Below are positions 38,740 through 49,471 of a stretch of 64,000 nt of DNA, piece by piece. Every line of letters starts with the position of its first letter. Position 1 is the stretch's first letter. The notes beneath the pieces are model-generated. The model was not told where the DNA came from and searched no databases. It saw only the letters and a list, made by a program, of their open reading frames with translations. The stretch is taken from the NCBI GenBank assembly GCA_965222095.1, contig CBDCTD010000002.1, positions 332,626 through 396,625 of the forward strand. The letters run 5' to 3'. Origin of the DNA: Bryobacterales bacterium (GTDB taxonomy: Bacteria; Acidobacteriota; Terriglobia; Bryobacterales; UBA6623). Both the position numbers and the translations under genes were made by a program.

Positions 38740-39795
38740 TCAGTTTTCCGTCGCGTGTTCGCGATGCCAGTCCTTGACAGCCTTAGGAATCTCTTTTAGG
38801 TTCTCGATCGCAGTCTGCAGTGGAATAGCACACTCAGGAGCGACGAGCTGCACTCCGGCATCGAGATTCTTGTACACTTCCTGGCGAACGTCCTCGGGTT
38901 TCTTGGCGAACAACGTTTCCGGATTGTTGATGTTCCCCACCAAAGAAATGCGATCCTTCATGATTCCCACCGATGTTTGGGGGTTATTCTTCGAATCGTA
39001 GTGGAAGGCCGCCATGCCGGTTCCCGCGATGTAATCCATGCGGTCTTCGGTCTTGCCGCAAATGTGAAGGATCAGCGGCACCGGCAGCCGCTCGGCGAAC
39101 TCGATGTGCAATTCCGTGAGGAATCGATCGTAGTATTCACCGCTAACCAGGTCGCCGGTTGCGTGATCCGGCAGCGTCAAGGCGTCCGCTCCGGCTTCAA
39201 TCTGCGCCAGACCGAATTGGATTGTCGCCTCTTTCATGCGGTCCAGGCAAAGCTTCGTCTTTCCTGGGTCGTCGAGCGACAGCAGTAGGAAGGGTTCCAC
39301 GCCGAAGCAGTGGTAGCCGAGCGACCACGGTCCCATCGTTTTCCCAATAACGGCCACTTCATCCCCGTACTCTTTCTTGAGAATCTTGATTGCCTCGGTG
39401 ACACACTTCGTGTCCTTGTGCGTCAGGAAATCCGGCGGGACCTTGATGTCGTCGGCTGTTTCCCAGATCGGCTCTCGCATTTTCACCGTCGGCCAGTTGT
39501 CCTTCTGCTCCCACTGGATCTTGCACCCGAGCGCTGAAGAATCCTGGATGATCGTGAAAACCGGCATGATGGAATCGAAACCTAACTCCGTATAGCCTGT
39601 GGCGGCCAGGCGGGCCATCAACTCGGGCTCACGGTTTGCGTCCGGGAAGGGAGCGTCTACCAGATCCATGAGCTCGACCGTCGCCACGGAGGTCGGGTTG
39701 CTGACCGGCGTCCGATCGACTGGTTCGCGGCGCAGGGCCGCCAGGACGCGCTCCCGCGGTTTCATCGGCCCAACGGTTTGTGGTGCTGCCATCAC
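38740..39795 (-). CDS. MtaA/CmuA family Zn methyltransferase (UroD fold)
   Basis: RERVLAALRREPVDR, GPWSL, AGAD, Zn ligands HICG ... APEC. Start could also be 39792 or 39765. Confidence 0.88.
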   Translation of the reverse strand: MMAAPQTVGPMKPRERVLAALRREPVDRTPVSNPTSVATVELMDLVDAPFPDANREPELMARLAATGYTELGFDSIMPVFTIIQDSSALGCKIQWEQKDNWPTVKMREPIWETADDIKVPPDFLTHKDTKCVTEAIKILKKEYGDEVAVIGKTMGPWSLGYHCFGVEPFLLLSLDDPGKTKLCLDRMKEATIQFGLAQIEAGADALTLPDHATGDLVSGEYYDRFLTELHIEFAERLPVPLILHICGKTEDRMDYIAGTGMAAFHYDSKNNPQTSVGIMKDRISLVGNINNPETLFAKKPEDVRQEVYKNLDAGVQLVAPECAIPLQTAIENLKEIPKAVKDWHREHATEN

Positions 39796-39985
39796 TTACC
39801 TCCCTCTGTTTCCAGCGAGCACGTTCCGCCGGCAACATCCGTCACTCCTGGCGGTCCTAGTTTCCAAGTATCGGCCGGCAATCCTGCCGGCCAGGCCAAG
39901 GACAAGCTGAGCCTGTCACAACTACCAACCGGGACAAACACGAGTGTTTGCCGCCACCGGCAGTGACCGTCACTTTTGTTCGTCA

Positions 39986-40627
39986 TTATTGCTGCGCGCT
40001 TGGCGCAGCGAGCTGTCCCCGAGAGGCGGCCATTTCCTGTTCCCGCAAGATCACCCTTACGTTTGGCGCTCGGACCAGCAGCAGGCCGACCAGCGCATCA
40101 TGAGACTGCCCGCAGGGGAATTCGACCCGGTCTTGGCCGCCTTCGTCCAATTCGAGCTGAGCGAGCTTGGCCAAACCCGCGGTGACCGCCGACTTGCGCT
40201 TGGCAACTTTGTCGCCTTCCCCGTCTGAACTCATTTCGTAAGAGCCGTTCCCGAGGTTGGTCGCGATCATATTCGCGTCCGCCTTCTTGTCCCGAATGCT
40301 CAGCGGCCTAGGCGCCAACTCGCTTCCGGTAGGCAACTTGCATGCCTCAAGAAAAACACGCTTGCTGGCAAGATGATGCGCCATGCCACACGGGAAGCGC
40401 ACTCTCGCGCCGGAATCTCCCACGAGCTCCATGCCTCCCAATACAGTCATGGCTTGCGCGACGAAGGCGATCCTGTCCTGGGCACCTTCCTTTTGACTGT
40501 AGGTGTGGACCGTCAGCTCTATGCCGGCGTCGCGCTCTTGGCGGTAAAGAGCGATCGAAATGTCATGGAAATGCGGATCCATCGGAAGCAGCTCGATCCG
40601 CTCTCCGATGTCGGTTGTTACGCCCAT
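39986..40627 (-). CDS. Uncharacterised 213-aa protein with two FPCG-x-x-H motifs, first gene of the methyl-transfer operon
   Basis: Globular ORF, co-oriented; RVRFPCGMAH and RVEFPCGQSH. Confidence 0.8.
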   Translation of the reverse strand: MGVTTDIGERIELLPMDPHFHDISIALYRQERDAGIELTVHTYSQKEGAQDRIAFVAQAMTVLGGMELVGDSGARVRFPCGMAHHLASKRVFLEACKLPTGSELAPRPLSIRDKKADANMIATNLGNGSYEMSSDGEGDKVAKRKSAVTAGLAKLAQLELDEGGQDRVEFPCGQSHDALVGLLLVRAPNVRVILREQEMAASRGQLAAPSAQQ

Positions 40628-40791
40628 AGGCTCGATCCTTTGTCAAAGGCCATCTGCCAAAGCAAGGGAGACGGCGGCACTCGAATGCGCGCGGCTGGTC
40701 CCGACGCCGGGTACCGGTCCCGTATCCGTCCTCGCCGGATTTTCGAAACCGCCCGTCAGGCAAGTCAATCTAGTTGACTGGCTATCCAGAC

Positions 40792-40884
40792 TTGACAGCC
40801 GCCCCAGTGCCACTTTAGCATAATATATGTCTGGTTGTCTGACAACCTGACTATTAGAATAGCGTCTGACGTATAGTTTGTAAA
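40792..40884. promoter_or_regulatory. Overlapping divergent sigma70-type promoters sharing a FadR/GntR-type operator GGTTGTCTGACAACC (40833-40847)
   Basis: Plus strand: TTGACA 40792, N18, TAGCAT 40816. Minus strand: TTTACA 40884, N17, TATTCT 40861. A 15-bp palindrome lies just downstream of both -10 boxes. Confidence 0.7.
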
Positions 40885-40917
40885 GTCCACTTTTTCAATC
40901 ACCTGGCAAGAGGACTA

Positions 40918-41673
40918 GTGATCGAAAACCTCAAGCGCGTCTCGCGAGTTTCGGTAAGCGATGAGATCGTCGACCAGCTCATTGACCTCATTTCCCGTGG
41001 GGTGCTCAAGCCGGGCCAGCGGATGCCTTCGGAGAAGCAGCTTTCCCAGCAGTTTGGCGTTGGTCGAACGTCGGTCCGGGAGGCACTGCGCTCACTTTCG
41101 GCAACCGGAATCGTTGAATCCCGGCCGGGAGAAGGCAGCTTTGTGTCGGAGGACAGTAGCAGGTACCTCGAAAAGACGCTGCAGTGGGGTCTGCTTCTAG
41201 ACCGCAAAGTGCTCGAGGATCTTATCGAGACCCGCCTCATGCTCGAATCGCACACGTCGTTTCTTGCCGCTCAGAAAGCGAGCCGCAAGGACCTCAACGA
41301 GATTTCATCCACGATCGAGCGGATGGAAGAACTGACCGATGATCCCGATCAGTACCTGGAATTTGACCTCCGCTTTCACTTAGCGATCGCCCAGGCGACG
41401 CACAACTCGATCCTTCGCCAGCTACTGAGCATGACGAGAGGCTACCTGCAGGTCTGGATCAAGGAAACGTTGTCGGAAACTCCGGCCAGCGAATCAGGAT
41501 CGCGAGCCAAGCTGTCGATTGCCGAGCATCGGAAGATCTTTCAAGCACTCGAGCAGCGCAAAGCTGACCAAGCGCGTGAAGCGATGACCGAACACATTCT
41601 TTCGAGCAGCGCCGATCTTCGCACCCACGTGGCGGCAAGAGGCGACGCCCCGTCCGCCGCTCGTGCTTCGTGA
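40918..41673 (+). CDS. FadR/GntR family transcriptional regulator
   Basis: wHTH MPSEKQLSQQFGVGRTSVREAL...G+G; FCD domain FDLRFHLAIA...N...EH...H. Confidence 0.93.
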   Translation: MIENLKRVSRVSVSDEIVDQLIDLISRGVLKPGQRMPSEKQLSQQFGVGRTSVREALRSLSATGIVESRPGEGSFVSEDSSRYLEKTLQWGLLLDRKVLEDLIETRLMLESHTSFLAAQKASRKDLNEISSTIERMEELTDDPDQYLEFDLRFHLAIAQATHNSILRQLLSMTRGYLQVWIKETLSETPASESGSRAKLSIAEHRKIFQALEQRKADQAREAMTEHILSSSADLRTHVAARGDAPSAARAS

Positions 41674-41904
41674 CCACTCTGCGGACCCAAACCATGGCGT
41701 CCGAGGTGTCACCCCAGGGCTGTGTCGGTACTCCTACCGACACCTGTTGCCGTGCTGCCGACACGCAACGACCCAGGTCGGGCTGAACGTATCGCTCAAC
41801 AGCCGGCTCCACAACATGCACTATATCCCGTCCGCGTTGGCCGACCGCTTGCTGACGGGCGCGGCGCAGAAACTCCAACTTCATACTGAGCCTTGTTTCC
41901 CCAT

Positions 41905-41944
41905 GAGTCGACATGAGTGTCGACTCGGCAAGCTAAGAGCTTGC
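41905..41944. repeat. Tandem palindromes (REP-like or terminator) between convergent gntR and pyrG
   Basis: GAGTCGAC-atgagt-GTCGACTC and GCAAGCT-aag-AGCTTGC. Confidence 0.45.
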
Positions 41945-42054
41945 GCCACAAACGGCTGTCCCCATTCTTTTCACACAAACTTTCGGGTGCGGCCCCGTTG
42001 TTCGACTGGGTCTCGGATGAATGTTCCTTCTGAACAGTCTACTAGGGCTGGTCG

Positions 42055-43902
<1,848 letters not shown>

Positions 43903-43959
43903 TCAGCGAGCACGTAAGCTAAAGTCTAGCACAGGCTTAAGTCGTATGTTAGAATCAAG

Positions 43960-45015
43960 ATGGCTTTTTCTCAAGTCAGCGGCTTTTGTGCCTTTCTTCG
44001 GTGGAGAGGTGTTGTGGGAGCGAGTGTGTTGTCAGTGTTTTCGGGCCCGAGATTCGTTCGCGGGGTGGCGTTTTCGCTTGTAGCGGCGCTGCCCGCTTTC
44101 GCGGCCGACGCCAAGATTGCCCTCAAGAACCGCCCTCCTGAATCCTCCCGGCCTGAACTCCCGACGCGAGCATCGACCATCAAGGTTGACGTACCGCTGG
44201 TCCTCATCAACGTGACGGTAACTGACCCGATGGGGCGGTTTGTCACGGGGCTCGAAAAAGGACACTTCAAGGTACTCGAGAACAAAGCTACCCAGGAGAT
44301 CACCCAGTTCGGAGCCGAGGACGTGCCCCTATCACTGGGCATTGTTTTCGACGCCAGCGGCAGCATGGGTCACAAGATGAGCAAGGCTCGTGAAGCCGTG
44401 GCACAGTTCATGAAGACGTCCAACCCCGAGGATGAGTTCTTTCTGGTGCAATTCAACGACCGTCCTAAGCTGATGATCGGCTTCACGAACAGCCTGGAAG
44501 AAGTTCAGAATCGTCTCACGTTCACACGACCAAAGGGGCGCACCGCACTGCTCGACGCGGTCTACCTGGCAATCAGCAAGATGAAAGAAGGCGTGAACGG
44601 GGGAAAAGCGTTGTTGATCATCTCCGACGGCGGCGACAACAGCAGCCGTTATACGGACCGCGAAATCAAGCGTTTGGTCAAAGAAGCCGATGTTCAGATA
44701 TACGCCATCGGCATCTTTGAGCCAATGTCGAGCCGCGGACGGACGCCCGAAGAGCTGGCCGGCCCGGGCCTTCTGAGCCACATCGCCGAGCAGACCGGAG
44801 GCCGCCAATTTCCTGTCGAAAACATCAACGAACTGCCCGACGTCGCGGCCAAGATCGGCATCGAACTGAGGAACCAGTATGTTCTGGGTTACGTCCCTAG
44901 TAATCAGGAGAAAGACGGTAAATGGCGGCGCGTGAAGGTCGTTACGAAAAAGATCCGCGGCATGCCGCCGCTCCGCGCGCACTACCGCCTGGGATACTAC
45001 GCCCCGACCCGTTAG
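43960..45015 (+). CDS. VWA-domain protein (acidobacterial VWFA-related type)
   Basis: KVDVPLV..NVTV, MIDAS DASGSM, TALLDA, ISDGGDNSS, LRNQYVLGY; start uncertain. Confidence 0.88.
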   Translation: MAFSQVSGFCAFLRWRGVVGASVLSVFSGPRFVRGVAFSLVAALPAFAADAKIALKNRPPESSRPELPTRASTIKVDVPLVLINVTVTDPMGRFVTGLEKGHFKVLENKATQEITQFGAEDVPLSLGIVFDASGSMGHKMSKAREAVAQFMKTSNPEDEFFLVQFNDRPKLMIGFTNSLEEVQNRLTFTRPKGRTALLDAVYLAISKMKEGVNGGKALLIISDGGDNSSRYTDREIKRLVKEADVQIYAIGIFEPMSSRGRTPEELAGPGLLSHIAEQTGGRQFPVENINELPDVAAKIGIELRNQYVLGYVPSNQEKDGKWRRVKVVTKKIRGMPPLRAHYRLGYYAPTR

Positions 45016-45047
45016 GCAGCGGGGCTTCCATTGATTAGGACGCGAGT

Positions 45048-46022
45048 TTGATGAAAGCAAGCATTCGCTCATCGACACGGGTCCGGCGATTTCCGCATGC
45101 CCGGATGCTCCTAGCGGTTAGCCTGTGCCTATTGGTCTTCGCCCTACTGAGTCCCGCCCAGAACCGCGTAGCTAGCAAGCGTCAAGACGACCCAGGACTC
45201 ACCTTCCACGCAGGCACGAAATTGGTCGTGCTGCACACGACGGTGCTAGACAAACAGAAGCACTTCGTAACCGACCTGCCTCAGAACGCTTTCAAGGTCT
45301 ACGAAGACGACGTCCTGCAAACGTTGAAGAGGTTCCTGCGCGAGGACATTCCTGTCTCGCTCGGCATTCTGGTCGACAACAGTGGCAGCATGCGCGACAA
45401 GCGTCAGCGGGTCAACGCGGCGGCGTTGGATTTCGTCAAAGCGTCGAACCCCGAGGATGAAGTCTTCATCGTGAACTTCAATGACGAAGCCTTTCTTGAC
45501 AGCCCGTTTACCGGCGACCTGCTGCGCCTGCAAGACGCGCTACAGCGTATCGACTCCCGGGGGGGCACGGCGCTCTACGATGCCGTCACGATGTCGTTGG
45601 ACTACCTGAAGGAGAAGGCGAAGTGGGACAAGCGCGTATTGGTCATCGTGACGGACGGCGTTGATAACGCCAGTCGTCCGAACAACACGCTCGAGAGGCT
45701 GGTCCGAGTTCTGCAGAGTAAAGAAACTCTGATCTACGCGGTGGGCTTGCTGAGCGACGAAGCACCACGAGACGCCAAACGTGCCGCGCGTGCTGTCAAA
45801 CACATTGTGCGCGCTACTGGAGGGGCGGCTTTCTTCCCCAAGACCTTGGGCGAGGTCCACGCCATTGCCCAGCAGATCGCGCAAGATATCCGCAATCAAT
45901 ACGTGCTGGCCTACACGCCACAGGATACGTTGAAGACCGGCTTCCGGAGCGTTAAGGTTGTCCTCAACGGAAAGGCCAAAAGGCTCCAGGTCAGACATCG
46001 GCCCGGATACTACGTTGAATAG
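45048..46022 (+). CDS. VWA-domain protein (second paralogue)
   Basis: DNSGSM, TALYDA, TDGVDNAS, IRNQYVLAY, RPGYY. Confidence 0.88.
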   Translation: MMKASIRSSTRVRRFPHARMLLAVSLCLLVFALLSPAQNRVASKRQDDPGLTFHAGTKLVVLHTTVLDKQKHFVTDLPQNAFKVYEDDVLQTLKRFLREDIPVSLGILVDNSGSMRDKRQRVNAAALDFVKASNPEDEVFIVNFNDEAFLDSPFTGDLLRLQDALQRIDSRGGTALYDAVTMSLDYLKEKAKWDKRVLVIVTDGVDNASRPNNTLERLVRVLQSKETLIYAVGLLSDEAPRDAKRAARAVKHIVRATGGAAFFPKTLGEVHAIAQQIAQDIRNQYVLAYTPQDTLKTGFRSVKVVLNGKAKRLQVRHRPGYYVE

Positions 46023-46050
46023 TTCCCGGGGTTCTTCCCAACTGCCCCGT

Positions 46051-46311
46051 TTGAAACGCCAGCCTGGTGTTTTCCCAAAGTCGATCGCCGTTCTACGCTT
46101 TCTCTGGAACAGTACTCGAGGCTACCGACTGCGCCCTTGGGCCAGCCCGTACCTGAGGTGGCGCATCGAGACGTATTGGGGATGGCCCGCCGAGGCGATT
46201 GACGCTGGAAGGTTCTGGAGCTTCACCTGGCGGCAGCGCCGATCGGTTGGCCGCTTTATATGGTGGGCGGGGGAAATGGGATCACAGAAACGCCATCGTC
46301 TTGATGCCTGA
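46051..46311 (+). CDS. Small Trp/Arg-rich hypothetical protein
   Basis: 3' part of ORF 45958-46311 (LRFLWNSTRGYRLRPWASPYLRWRIETYWG) looks protein-like; TTG start tentative. Confidence 0.55.
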   Translation: MKRQPGVFPKSIAVLRFLWNSTRGYRLRPWASPYLRWRIETYWGWPAEAIDAGRFWSFTWRQRRSVGRFIWWAGEMGSQKRHRLDA

Positions 46312-46554
46312 GATGTCAAATCGGTGGCGGCAACGCATGTTGCGACACGCAACCTTTTCGTCTTTAAGAACCATATAAGACTGTGCCTTCGCGAAACGGG
46401 CTCGGTCACGCTCGTCACCGCCCGGTGGCAGTTTTTGCCTCTTCTTGCGCACCACCCAGCGCAGCCCGTATTCGGCCACTTCCCGGCAGTGAGGACAGTT
46501 CAGCCGCGCCGGCTTGGTCGTTTCCGATTCCTGGTAATAGTCTGTCTCCCGCAT
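46282..46554 (-). CDS. Small zinc-ribbon-like hypothetical protein
   Basis: CPHC ... CRNMRC; GAAAGG upstream of ATG 46554. Confidence 0.7.
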   Translation of the reverse strand: MRETDYYQESETTKPARLNCPHCREVAEYGLRWVVRKKRQKLPPGGDERDRARFAKAQSYMVLKDEKVACRNMRCRHRFDISGIKTMAFL

Positions 46555-46640
46555 CGCTTGCCCTTTCAAGCAGGAAGCCGCCGGTCCGTTACAGTCTAGC
46601 TCGAATCGGTCCGGGAGTGCTCCGAATCGCGTTGGTCAGC

Positions 46641-46796
46641 CTAGCAGTCCGTGGTAAAGTAGACGTCGCGAAAAATCGGGTACAGCCAGCCAATTCGCTT
46701 CAGGCTAAGTGGCTTGTTTCGAGGCCGTGATAGGGAAGCGAATCGGTGGCAGTCCCCATTTTTCGCTCCTGCACCACTTTTGTCACGGGCTGCTGG
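46641..46796. mobile_element. 156-bp MITE-like element, copy B
   Basis: Ends CTAGCAGTCCGTGG / TCACGGGCTGCTGG; same length and interior as 18442-18597. Confidence 0.7.
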
Positions 46797-46902
46797 GCCA
46801 GTGTAGCAACTCCCGGTGCGCCTTATCCGGCAGCGCCCAGCGGCCGTGTGCGAGGGTTTTGGAATCCAGCTATAATCTCCTGTTTGTCGCGGAATTCAGA
46901 TT

Positions 46903-48501
46903 ATGGAAAACAAGGGTCTCCATCAGAGCAGTTTCGGGCTGGAACAGCACGGCCTAGGTGAGGTCGGAACAGCCTACTGGAACCTCGGGCCGGCGCGGCT
47001 CACAGAGGAAGCGCTGGCGCGCGACGAGGGACAACTGGCCGCCAACGGCTCGCTCGTCGTCCGCACGGGAAAATACACCGGGCGTTCACCCGGCGACCGA
47101 TTCATCGTCAGCGACGAGTCCACGGAGGGCACGGTCGACTGGGGTCCAGTGAACAAGAAGATCTCGACCGAGAATTTCGATCGGCTCTTGGCCAAGATCC
47201 AGGCCTACTTGAAGGGTCGGGAGGTCTTCGTCCAGGACTGTTTTGGCGGCGCGGCCCCTGACTATGGACTGCCGATTCGTACGGTCCACCAACTCGCCTG
47301 GCACAGCCTATTCGCCCGCCAGCTTTTCGTCCAGCCGGAGCCCGGGTCGACGGTGGGACACGTTCCCGAGCTCACCGTCTTGTATGCCCCAGGAGCAGTT
47401 GCCGATCCCGAAGCGGACGGCACGCGTTCAGAAGCGTTCATCGTTTTGAACCTGGCCCGAAAGATGGTGATCATCGGAGGGACAAGCTACGCGGGAGAAA
47501 TGAAGAAGTCGGTCTTTACCACCCTGAACTACCTTCTCCCGGACAAGAAAGTCTTCCCCATGCATTGCTCGGCGAACGAGGGACCGGGCGGCGACGTCGC
47601 TCTCTTCTTTGGCCTCTCCGGCACCGGCAAAACGACCCTCTCGGCCGATCCTGGGCGACGCCTGATCGGCGACGATGAACACGGGTGGAGCGACGACGGC
47701 ATCTTCAACTTCGAGGGCGGCTGCTACGCGAAATGCATCCGCCTGTCGAAGAAGAATGAACCCCAGATCTGGAACGCGATCCGCTTCGGGTCGGTGGTTG
47801 AGAACGTGGTGTTCAATCCCGACACTCGAGTGCTGGACTTTGACGACGACTCCATTACCGAAAACACCCGTTGCGCCTATCCGGTCGATTTCATTGACAA
47901 CGCCGTGATTCCGAGCGTCGGCGGACACCCTGCGAACGTCGTGTTTCTGACTGCCGACGCCTTCGGCGTCTTGCCTCCGATTTCGAAGCTCACGCCCGAG
48001 CAGGCCATGTATCACTTCTTGAGCGGGTACACCGCCAAGGTCGCCGGCACCGAACGAGGGCTCGGAAACGAGCCGGCGGCTACATTCAGCACCGGCTTCG
48101 GGGCGCCGTTTCTGCCGCGACCGCCCTCGGTCTATGCCGAAATGCTCGGAGACCGTCTCCGCCGTCACCAGGCCCGCTGCTGGCTTGTCAATACGGGCTG
48201 GGTCGGCGGACCGTTCGGAGTCGGCGAGCGCATGGACCTGCCCTACACTCGCGCCATGCTCACCGCGGCCCTTTCCAGTAAACTCGACGACGTCGATTTC
48301 GCGCCGCACCCCATATTCCGGGTAGCCGTCCCCGGTAGTTGCCCTGGGGTCCCGTCGGAGACGCTTGACGCCCGCGGGATGTGGTCCGACAAGCCAGCCT
48401 ACGACCAAGCGGCGAGGGAACTAGCGGCGCGCTTCCACAAAAACTTCGAGAAGTTTAGTTCGGTGTCGGAGAAGATCCGCGCCGCGGGACCTGTGGGGTA
48501 A
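46903..48501 (+). CDS. pckA: Phosphoenolpyruvate carboxykinase (ATP)
   Basis: YTGRSP, GGTSYAGEMKKS, MHCSAN, FFGLSGTGKTTLS, LIGDDEHGW, NFEGGCYAK. Confidence 0.97.
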   Translation: MENKGLHQSSFGLEQHGLGEVGTAYWNLGPARLTEEALARDEGQLAANGSLVVRTGKYTGRSPGDRFIVSDESTEGTVDWGPVNKKISTENFDRLLAKIQAYLKGREVFVQDCFGGAAPDYGLPIRTVHQLAWHSLFARQLFVQPEPGSTVGHVPELTVLYAPGAVADPEADGTRSEAFIVLNLARKMVIIGGTSYAGEMKKSVFTTLNYLLPDKKVFPMHCSANEGPGGDVALFFGLSGTGKTTLSADPGRRLIGDDEHGWSDDGIFNFEGGCYAKCIRLSKKNEPQIWNAIRFGSVVENVVFNPDTRVLDFDDDSITENTRCAYPVDFIDNAVIPSVGGHPANVVFLTADAFGVLPPISKLTPEQAMYHFLSGYTAKVAGTERGLGNEPAATFSTGFGAPFLPRPPSVYAEMLGDRLRRHQARCWLVNTGWVGGPFGVGERMDLPYTRAMLTAALSSKLDDVDFAPHPIFRVAVPGSCPGVPSETLDARGMWSDKPAYDQAARELAARFHKNFEKFSSVSEKIRAAGPVG

Positions 48502-48545
48502 CCGGCATGTTGGTTCCATCACAGCCTAAGTGACGAGTATTTGGG

Positions 48546-49241
48546 CTAGCGCCCAGCCTTCGCCGCTTTCAGAGGCGCGTTCAAGAACCGCAGGAAGGGC
48601 ATCATCCCGCGGAAATGTTTGACCAGCTCGCTGTAAAGCTTAGGGGTCTCGGCCAGCGCGGGGTCGAGCGTCTTCCACGCCAGGAACCGCTTGAACATCA
48701 GCAAGTCAATGGCGGGATGGTCGGCCGGAAAGCCTTTGGGCGCACGTTTCAGCTTCTCGCCCGTCATCTCTCCAAAGAGCCGCCGAAACGAGCGGTCTTT
48801 CAGGATTGCCCGCAGCTCACCATCTCGGGCGGCGACGCGCTGCCGAATGGCTAGAAGCTCTTTCGGTCCGGGCGCGTAAGCACCTCCCGCGACGAGAATC
48901 TCATCGGACGCCAGGTGGAAATAGGTGCCCGCGCCGGCGTGCTTCTCAAGTCCTCGAGGAGGGAACGCTGCTGCAATCCAGGTCTTGTAGGGACTCTTGT
49001 CTTTGCTGAACCGCACGTCGCGATAAATGCGATAGAGGGCCTTCTTTGGGTCGGCAACCAACTCGGGTGCAAAATCGCGCATCGCATCGCCGAGCGCCAA
49101 GACCAGCTCGGTCATCGGAGCCTTGACCTTCTCTTCATAGACAGTTTTGCGGGGCATGAACCAGTCGCGATCGTTATTGCGCTTGAGTTGTTTGAGAAAC
49201 TTCCGCGCTTCTGGCGGAAAGCCGGGGAATCGTGATTTCAT
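48546..49241 (-). CDS. DUF2461 / TIGR02453 family protein
   Basis: LKRNNDRDWF, RIYRDVRFSKDKSPYK, LKRAPKGF..DHP; ATG 49241. Confidence 0.88.
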   Translation of the reverse strand: MKSRFPGFPPEARKFLKQLKRNNDRDWFMPRKTVYEEKVKAPMTELVLALGDAMRDFAPELVADPKKALYRIYRDVRFSKDKSPYKTWIAAAFPPRGLEKHAGAGTYFHLASDEILVAGGAYAPGPKELLAIRQRVAARDGELRAILKDRSFRRLFGEMTGEKLKRAPKGFPADHPAIDLLMFKRFLAWKTLDPALAETPKLYSELVKHFRGMMPFLRFLNAPLKAAKAGR

Positions 49242-49471
49242 GCCTCTACCGTAGCGAGGGACCGCAGAGACCGGCAAGATTGGCGGGCGCTGCTGAGACC
49301 CGGTCGTACGATTCGATTTGCTGTGAGAGAGAGGATGCCCCCCTCAGGAAAGACATCGGAAGGGGTGAAGTCTGAGCCGATTCAGTGGCTTGAGCGGTGG
49401 TACCCTCGTATAGCGAGTGGGGAAGGCTTTGTTCTCATTAGCTATCCGGTGGCGGTACAATCTCCCTGTCA

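Noticed and set aside
40628-40830. Cobalamin riboswitch in the long leader of the methyl-transfer operon
   Set aside because: I could not find the conserved GGGAA / GCCACTG / B12-box elements; an Rfam scan would settle it.
41680-41980. Degenerate RAYT transposase between gntR and pyrG
   Set aside because: Only vague resemblance (LEF, RGRDI) and no HUH or catalytic Tyr motif in any frame; only the palindromes were kept.
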